From Cupriavidus necator (GTDB taxonomy: Bacteria > Pseudomonadota > Gammaproteobacteria > Burkholderiales > Burkholderiaceae): 32,000 nucleotides of DNA. This document shows, in pieces, positions 26,752 through 32,000 of the stretch. The stretch spans positions 660,001 through 692,000 of the forward strand of contig NZ_CP066019.1 in NCBI RefSeq assembly GCF_016127575.1, written 5' to 3'. How positions within the stretch are numbered: position 1 is the first letter of the stretch; each line of letters opens with the position of its first letter. Below the pieces are notes generated by a model. The model did not search any database, was not told the origin of the DNA, and saw only the letters and a list, made by a program, of their open reading frames with translations. Both the position numbers and the translations under genes were made by a program.

Positions 26752-26785
26752 AAAAAGCCCGGCGCTCTGTGCGAGATGGCCGGGC
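26752..26785 (-). terminator. possible intra-operon attenuator/partial terminator between the CoA-transferase and PrpD-family genes
   Basis: On the - strand: GCCCGGC-(15 nt loop)-GCCGGGC followed by TTTTTCC, inside a 79-nt intergenic gap. Confidence 0.3.
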
Positions 26786-26794
26786 GTCGTGTGT

Positions 26795-27991
26795 TCAGAT
26801 GGTCCGCTTGTCAGCCAGCGCGGCGATATCGCCGTCGTCATAGCCGAGCTCGGCCAGGATCTGCCGGCTGTGCGCGCCCAGTGCCGGTACGTCGCCCATG
26901 ACAGGCTCCACGCCCGACAGGTTGGCGGGCGGCAGCAGCGCGCCGATCGGACCGCCCGGGGTGGCCACTTCGCGCCAGCGCTGGCGTGCCTGCAACTGCG
27001 GATGGTTCCATACGCCCTCGATGTCGTTCATCGGGGCATTGGCGATCTGCGCCTCGTCGAGCAGTGCCTCGGCCTGCGCCACAGTCATCGGCGCGAAGCG
27101 CTCTTCGATGATGGCGGTGAGTTCGGGGCGATTGTGCACACGGGCCGTATTGCTGGAGAAGCGTTCGTCCTGCGCCAGTTCCCGGTTGCCGAGCACGATC
27201 TCGCAGAAATTGGCGAACTCGCGTTCGTTCTGCACGCTGAAGATCACGCTGCCATTGCCGGTGCGATGCACGCCATACGGGGCGATGGTCGGATGCGAAG
27301 CGCCGAAGCGTCCCGGCGGCTTGCCGCCGTAGTGGCCGAAGTAGAGGACCTGGTTCATCCACTCGGCCATCGCCTCGAGCATGGTCACCTGCACGCGCAG
27401 GCCCTTGCCGGTGCGGCCACGCTGCAGCAGCGCCGAAAGGATGCCGCTGTAGGCGTACATGCCGGCCGAGATGTCGGCGATCGAAACGCCGGCGCGCGAC
27501 GGCTCGTTCGGTCCGCCGGTGAGGCCCACCAGGCCGGCGGCGGCCTGGATCAGCAGGTCGTAGGCCTTCTTGTCGCGATAGGGACCGGAGTCGCCATAGC
27601 CCGAGATGTCACAGACGATGAGCTTGTCGTACTTGCCGTGCAGGCTGTCGAAGTCCAGGCCCATGCGCACTGCCGCGCCGGGGGCGAGGTTCTGCACCAG
27701 CACATCGGCATCGGCCAGCAGCCGGTGCAGGATGGCCTGCGCCTCTCGATCCTTCAGATCCAGGGTCAGGCTTTCCTTGCCCCGGTTAAGCCACACAAAG
27801 TACGAGGCCTGGCCGTGCACGGACTGGTCATAGCCGCGCGCGAAGTCGCCCACTCCGGGGCGCTCGATCTTGATGACGCGGGCACCAAGGTCGGCCAGCT
27901 GGCGCGTGGCGAAGGGCGCGGCCACGGCGTGCTCGAGCGAGACCACGCGGATGCCGTCGAGCGGGCGGATGCCTTTGGGGGAATGGGACAT
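26795..27991 (-). CDS. family III (CaiB/BaiF) CoA-transferase, succinyl-CoA:itaconate CoA-transferase-like, 398 aa
   Basis: PLDGIRVVSLEHAVAAPFATRQLADLGARVIKIERPGVGDFAR...YFVWLNRGKESLTLDLK...DVLVQNLAPG. Confidence 0.93.
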   Translation of the reverse strand: MSHSPKGIRPLDGIRVVSLEHAVAAPFATRQLADLGARVIKIERPGVGDFARGYDQSVHGQASYFVWLNRGKESLTLDLKDREAQAILHRLLADADVLVQNLAPGAAVRMGLDFDSLHGKYDKLIVCDISGYGDSGPYRDKKAYDLLIQAAAGLVGLTGGPNEPSRAGVSIADISAGMYAYSGILSALLQRGRTGKGLRVQVTMLEAMAEWMNQVLYFGHYGGKPPGRFGASHPTIAPYGVHRTGNGSVIFSVQNEREFANFCEIVLGNRELAQDERFSSNTARVHNRPELTAIIEERFAPMTVAQAEALLDEAQIANAPMNDIEGVWNHPQLQARQRWREVATPGGPIGALLPPANLSGVEPVMGDVPALGAHSRQILAELGYDDGDIAALADKRTI

Positions 27992-28000
27992 GCAGGGGCC

Positions 28001-29170
28001 TTAGAACGAACGCGGCAGCTCGAGCACATGCTCGGCCACGTAGGACAGGATCAGGTTGGTCGAGATCGGCGCCACCTGGTACAGGCGCGTCTCGCGGAAC
28101 TTGCGTTCGATGTCGTACTCGGCGGCAAAGCCGAAGCCGCCGTGCGTCTGCAGGCAGACGTTGGCCGCTTCCCACGACGCGTCGGCGGCCAGCAGCTTGG
28201 AGATATTGGCTTCCTTGCCGCACGGCTTGCCGGCGTCGAACAATTGCGACGCCTTGTAGCGCATCAGGCTGGCCGCCTCGACATTGATGTACGAGCGCGC
28301 GATCGGGAACTGCACGGCCTGGTTCTGGCCGATCGGGCGGTCGAACACGATGCGGTCGCGCGCATAGTTGCTGGCGCGCTCGACAAACCAGTAGCCATCG
28401 CCGATGCACTCCGCGGCGATCAGGATGCGTTCGGCGTTGAGGCCGTCAAGGATGTACTTCAGGCCCTTGCCTTCCTCGCCGATCAGGTTTCCGGCGGGGA
28501 CTTCGAGGTTGTCGAAAAACAGCTCGTTGGTCTCGTGGTTGACCATGTTGCGGATCGGCTTGACCGTCAGGCCCTTGCCGATGGCATCACGCAGGTCCAC
28601 CACAAACACCGACAGGCCCTCGGACTTGCGCTTGACCTGGTCCAGCGGCGTGGTGCGTGCCAGCAGCAGCATCAGGTCCGAATGCTGCACGCGCGAAATC
28701 CATACCTTCTGGCCATTGACGATGTACTTGTCGCCCTGGCGCACCGCGGTGGTCTTGAGCTTGGTGGTGTCGGTGCCGGTGGTGGGCTCGGTCACGGCCA
28801 TCGACTGCATGCGCAACTCGCCCGAGGCGATGCCCGGCAGCCAGCGCTGTTTCTGCGCTTCGGAGCCGTGGCGCAGCAGGCAGCCCATTACGTACATCTG
28901 GCCGTGGCAGGCGCCGGAATTGCCGCCGCTGCGGTTGATTTCCTCCATGATGACCGAGGCGGCTGTCAGCGACAGGCCCGAGCCGCCATAGGCTTCGGGG
29001 ATCAGCGCTGACAGCCAGCCCGCCTGGGTCAGAGCCTGGACAAAGGTCTCAGGAAAGGCGTTCTGCTCTTCCACCCGTTGCCAGTACGCCGAATCGAAGC
29101 CGGCACAGAGGTCGCGTACCGCTTCGCGGATTTCGGGGTAGAGCTGGTCTGGATCCTGATGTGCGTGCAT
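28001..29170 (-). CDS. acyl-CoA dehydrogenase, 389 aa (first gene of the itaconate-type operon)
   Basis: AMAVTEPTTGTDTTKLKTTAVRQGDKYIVNGQKVWIS, RIVFDRPIGQNQAVQF and LQTHGGFGFAAEYDIERKFRE. Confidence 0.92.
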   Translation of the reverse strand: MHAHQDPDQLYPEIREAVRDLCAGFDSAYWQRVEEQNAFPETFVQALTQAGWLSALIPEAYGGSGLSLTAASVIMEEINRSGGNSGACHGQMYVMGCLLRHGSEAQKQRWLPGIASGELRMQSMAVTEPTTGTDTTKLKTTAVRQGDKYIVNGQKVWISRVQHSDLMLLLARTTPLDQVKRKSEGLSVFVVDLRDAIGKGLTVKPIRNMVNHETNELFFDNLEVPAGNLIGEEGKGLKYILDGLNAERILIAAECIGDGYWFVERASNYARDRIVFDRPIGQNQAVQFPIARSYINVEAASLMRYKASQLFDAGKPCGKEANISKLLAADASWEAANVCLQTHGGFGFAAEYDIERKFRETRLYQVAPISTNLILSYVAEHVLELPRSF

Positions 29171-29200
29171 GGGGTAGCCCCGCTCGGATTGAATGGGGCC

Positions 29201-29229
29201 ATTATTCCCGAGCCCCCGGCACGCTGAAA
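29201..29229 (-). promoter_or_regulatory. candidate sigma70 promoter for the itaconate-type operon
   Basis: On the - strand: TTTCAG-N17-AATAAT. The -10 element lies about 30 nt upstream of ATG 29170. Confidence 0.25.
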
Positions 29230-29261
29230 TTCGGATTTGCGAAAGAGCGGCTTAGGTGGGC

Positions 29262-29285
29262 CGGAAGCGGGGGGGGGGCGGAAGC
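29262..29285. repeat. G10 homopolymer flanked by direct CGGAAGC repeats
   Basis: CGGAAGC-GGGGGGGGGG-CGGAAGC, read directly at 29262-29285, about 95-115 nt upstream of the ACAD start. Confidence 0.9.
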
Positions 29286-29313
29286 TGCATGCGGCGCCGG
29301 GGCGCCCGCAGTT

Positions 29314-29345
29314 GCGCAAGAGGCCGGCGCAGCGGCCTCTTGCGC
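29314..29345 (-). terminator. GC-rich hairpin downstream of the micro-ORF (terminator-like, no U-tract)
   Basis: Perfect 13-bp stem GCGCAAGAGGCCG / CGGCCTCTTGCGC with a 6-nt loop. Confidence 0.4.
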
Positions 29346-29374
29346 GGGGATGGCTGGCAGGCCGGGCCTGGGAA

Positions 29375-29449
29375 TCAGTGCATGAAGAGCCAGATCAGGA
29401 CCAGGATGAAGGCCGGGACGCCAAGTAGCCAGGCAAGGATATAGGGCAT
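29375..29449 (-). CDS. 24-aa hydrophobic micro-protein (MPYILAWLLGVPAFILVLIWLFMH), single predicted TM helix
   Basis: AGGAG SD 8 nt upstream of the ATG. Host-like GC3. Followed by the hairpin at 29314-29345. No family recognised. Confidence 0.4.
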   Translation of the reverse strand: MPYILAWLLGVPAFILVLIWLFMH

Positions 29450-29465
29450 GGTGCAACTCCTGTCG

Positions 29466-29505
29466 ATGACGGTAATCGGTGATTCCAATATAGGAATGCC
29501 GTCAT
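29466..29505. promoter_or_regulatory. nested inverted repeat in the divergent micro-ORF / MgtC-family intergenic region
   Basis: ATGACGG-N26-CCGTCAT encloses ATTCC-AATATA-GGAAT. This is an unusually AT-rich core for this genome. Confidence 0.35.
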
Positions 29506-29670
29506 GGCGGCACTGTCGGCGAGCTTCCGCTTGCGGTGTAGGACGCAGCCGCAAGCGCCTGGCGGACGGCCCGCGCGGTGTGGCGCGAGCGCCTTGGGGC
29601 CCGCCGGCCCGGTTGCCGGCAGGCCATCCCGTGCTACGCTCAGGTGTACCCAAGCACCCGGAGACGAGCC

Positions 29671-30138
29671 ATGGACGGGGTCTGGTCCGAGATCTACAGT
29701 GTCTTGCGCGCCGAGTTCGCCGATGTGCCGGACGCTGGCGAGGCCACCCGCATCCTGGCACGCCTGTTCATGGCGGTGTTGCTGGGCGGCCTGATCGGCT
29801 ATCAGCGCGAGGCCTCCGGCAAGGCAGCGGGGCTGCGCACCCATATGCTGGTGGCGCTGGGCTCGGCGCTGTTCGTGCTGGTGCCGCTGCAGGCAGGGAC
29901 GCCGCTGGCCGACATCAGCCGCGTGCTGCAGGGGCTGATTGCCGGCATCGGCTTCCTTGGCGCCGGCGCGATCCTGAAGCACAGCGACGAAGCTCACATC
30001 CAGGGCCTGACCACCGCGGCCAGCATCTGGATGGTCGCGGCCATCGGCGTGGCTGCCGGCCTGGGTCGCGATACCACCGCGGTGATCGCCACCATTTTCA
30101 CGCTGGTCATCCTGCAGGTCCTGCAGCGCTGGAAATAG
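29671..30138 (+). CDS. MgtC/SapB/YhiD family membrane protein, 155 aa
   Basis: GGAGA SD. LFMAVLLGGLIGYQREASGKAAGLRTHMLVALGSALF...GIGFLGAGAIL...GLTTAASIWMVAAIGVAAGLG. Confidence 0.9.
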   Translation: MDGVWSEIYSVLRAEFADVPDAGEATRILARLFMAVLLGGLIGYQREASGKAAGLRTHMLVALGSALFVLVPLQAGTPLADISRVLQGLIAGIGFLGAGAILKHSDEAHIQGLTTAASIWMVAAIGVAAGLGRDTTAVIATIFTLVILQVLQRWK

Positions 30139-30334
30139 CGCACCCGCGCCCGGTGCATCCGGCACCCCGTGCCGCCCGGCGTGCGCCGGTCTGTTCGCTT
30201 GCCCGCCAATTTGCGTCATTTCCCACAGTAATGCGCGCCAGCGCACGCTGCCCGCGCGCGCTGCGCCCTATGCTGTGGCACAGGTTGCGCCGCGATCCAC
30301 AGGCGCGGCCGTGGCAGAGCAGGGGGAGGCAGCC

Positions 30335-30841
30335 ATGAAATCATCGATCCGTGACGATGCGGCGCTGGCCGCATTCGTGGGGCCGCGCTATGCGTACTAC
30401 AGCCAGCGCTGGTCCCTGGCAGAGGCACGCGGCGGCATGTCGTGGAACTGGGCGGCGTGCCTGCTGGGGCCGTTCTGGATGGCCTACCGGCGCATGTACT
30501 GGCAGGTGGGGGTCTATGCGCTGATCGTCTGCGCCGAACCGGTGCTGCACGCGCTGTTCGGGCTGAAGATGCCGCTGGCGGTCCGGCCGATGCTGTATGC
30601 CATGGCGCTGCTGCTGGGCATGTATGGCAACCAGATCTACCGCTGGCATGCCGAGGCGACCATCCGGCACCTGCGCGAGTACCATTTCTCACCGGAACTG
30701 GTGCACGACTCGCTGGCGCGCTGTGGCCGCACCAGCTGGCCCGGTGTGTTCGCCATGGGCCTGCTGCTGGTGGTGATGGCGGTGTCGCTGAGCCCGCTGG
30801 CGGGGCTGGTGGTGCAGGGCGGCGGGCTGGCCGCCGGCTGA
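30335..30841 (+). CDS. DUF2628 domain membrane protein, 168 aa
   Basis: GGGGGAGG SD. FVGPRYAYYSQRW...SWNWAACLLGPFWMAYRRMYW matches the DUF2628 core as I recall it. Confidence 0.78.
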   Translation: MKSSIRDDAALAAFVGPRYAYYSQRWSLAEARGGMSWNWAACLLGPFWMAYRRMYWQVGVYALIVCAEPVLHALFGLKMPLAVRPMLYAMALLLGMYGNQIYRWHAEATIRHLREYHFSPELVHDSLARCGRTSWPGVFAMGLLLVVMAVSLSPLAGLVVQGGGLAAG

Positions 30842-30862
30842 ACGGTCGGCGGCTTCCCTGAT

Positions 30863-31765
30863 TTACACGGGCTCGCGCGCCGCGTCGACCAGGTACTGGA
30901 TCAGGGTTTCGGCAAACTGGGGCAGTTCGCGCCCCGGGCGGCGCACCAGGCGCAGTTCGCGCTTGGCCCATTCGTCTTCCAGCTGGATAAAGCGCAGCAC
31001 CTTGCGGCTGGCGTAGCGGCGCGCGCAGCTGTTGGGCACGATGGCGATGCCCGCGCCGGCCTCGACCATGCGGCATACGGCATCGAAGCTGCCCACCTGG
31101 ATGCGCAGGCTGATGCGCTTGCCCATGCCGCCGGCGATGCGGTCCAGGAACGACTGGATCGCGCTGAACTGGTTCAGGCCGACAAAGCGGCAGGTATCGA
31201 GCAGGTCGGCGAAATGCAGCCGCTTGAAGGCCGGCAGCGGGTGGTTGACCGGTGCAATCACGATCAGCTCATCGCTGCACAGGTGCATCGCGTCCAGGTC
31301 CTGGGTGGCGACTTCACCGGCCACGATGCCCAGGTCGGCGGCGCCGGCGCTGATGGCCGAGACGATTTCCTGCGACAGGTGCTCTTCCAGCTCGATGTCC
31401 ACGTCCGGGTTCTCGCTCAGGAAGCGCGATACGCCGGTGGCCAGGAACGAGTTGGTGGCGGTGGTGTTGGCCAGCAGCCGCACCCGGCCCTTGACGCCCT
31501 TGGCATAGGGCCGCAGGTCGGCGTGCAGGCATTCCAGTTCGCGGAAGACCTCGCGCGCGTGGCGCAGCAGCGCATCGCCCGCCGGCGTCAGGCGCACCCC
31601 CTTGACCTGGCGGATCAGCAATTGTGTCTGGAACGCCTCTTCCAGTTGCTTGATCCGGGTGCTGGCCGCGGGCAGCGACAGGAAGCTGCGTTCGGCCGCG
31701 CGGGTCAGGTTCTCCGTCTCGCCAACGTTCAGGAAGAGGCGGAGGTCGGTCAGGTCGTAATGCAT
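30863..31765 (-). CDS. LysR-family transcriptional regulator, 300 aa
   Basis: N-terminal wHTH: LTDLRLFLNVGETENLTRAAERSFLSLPAASTRIKQLEEAFQTQLLIRQVKGVRLTPAG. C-terminal substrate-binding domain. Divergent from the SDR start at 31956. Confidence 0.93.
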   Translation of the reverse strand: MHYDLTDLRLFLNVGETENLTRAAERSFLSLPAASTRIKQLEEAFQTQLLIRQVKGVRLTPAGDALLRHAREVFRELECLHADLRPYAKGVKGRVRLLANTTATNSFLATGVSRFLSENPDVDIELEEHLSQEIVSAISAGAADLGIVAGEVATQDLDAMHLCSDELIVIAPVNHPLPAFKRLHFADLLDTCRFVGLNQFSAIQSFLDRIAGGMGKRISLRIQVGSFDAVCRMVEAGAGIAIVPNSCARRYASRKVLRFIQLEDEWAKRELRLVRRPGRELPQFAETLIQYLVDAAREPV

Positions 31766-31955
31766 GGGCTTCCGTCAGGCCAAAGGCCAGTTTTGTGATT
31801 CGTGAATTCCAAAGTCTCGGCCGTCAATTTATCGTATCCACTGCGGCGTGGACATCCGGATTGACCGCACCGGCGGGCGAATGCCCGCGGCGCAGGGGTG
31901 TTTCGCCGGGTTTGCGGTCGGTGACCGCACAAAAAGTATTCAGAGGAGCAACGCA

Positions 31956-32000
31956 ATGAGCGGTTTGATGGCAGGCAAGGTCGCGCTGGTGACGGGCGCA
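31956..32000 (+). CDS. short-chain dehydrogenase/reductase, N-terminal 15 codons only (continues beyond the window)
   Basis: AGAGGAG SD. MSGLMAGKVALVTGA is the start of the Rossmann TGxxxGxG motif. Confidence 0.6.
   Translation, partial: MSGLMAGKVALVTGA

Noticed and set aside
29448-30338. Long alternative-frame ORFs across the MgtC-family locus (29448-30338 +, 29395-30246 -) and possible leader peptides in 29450-29670.
   Set aside because: They overlap the well-supported MgtC-family frame, have Arg/Pro/Gly-rich translations and lack an SD. I could not identify a convincing short leader ORF with an SD in the leader region.
1-32000. CRISPR arrays, rRNA or tRNA genes, toxin-antitoxin pairs and recognisable defence-system genes.
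   Set aside because: No spaced direct-repeat array, cloverleaf-like segment or rRNA-like conserved block was seen in the intergenic regions. Every ORF with coding-like properties could be assigned to metabolic, transport or regulatory families, or is a tiny orphan.

Overview
High-GC (about 65-70% by eye) proteobacterial DNA. The codon usage and the Bug-family binding protein suggest Burkholderiales (Cupriavidus/Ralstonia-like); that placement is inference. The window is almost entirely catabolic and has five parts.

(1) 1-15470, + strand. One tightly packed run of 14 genes with 1-4 nt overlaps, ending in a strong intrinsic terminator. It encodes two adjacent acyl-CoA dehydrogenase (ACAD) pairs, two thiolases, an MFE-2-type (R)-3-hydroxyacyl-CoA dehydrogenase, a second SDR and a MaoC (R)-hydratase. 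It also encodes a secreted Asp-box beta-propeller plus an RND/MMPL-type transporter, an Old-Yellow-Enzyme flavoprotein with a C-terminal Cys cluster, a KshA-like Rieske oxygenase and a 3alpha-hydroxysteroid-dehydrogenase-like SDR. This looks like a steroid- or alicyclic-type degradation operon with unknown substrate.

(2) 15771-19786, - strand. A third ACAD pair followed by a DUF1329 periplasmic protein.

(3) 20030-22680, + strand. A near-consensus sigma54 promoter, an acyl-CoA synthetase and a Bug/TctC binding protein.

(4) 22681-23588. A lower-GC, hairpin-rich 0.9 kb spacer holding one orphan ORF.

(5) 23589-29170, - strand. An itaconate-type operon: ACAD, family III CoA-transferase, MmgE/PrpD, CitE-like lyase and a double-hotdog hydratase. 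It is followed by a 24-codon hydrophobic micro-ORF, an MgtC-family gene, a DUF2628 gene, a LysR regulator and the start of an SDR.

I saw no rRNA, tRNA, CRISPR array, transposase or integrase. The many long antisense ORFs in the track are high-GC shadow frames. All family assignments come from reading the translations; no database search was possible.
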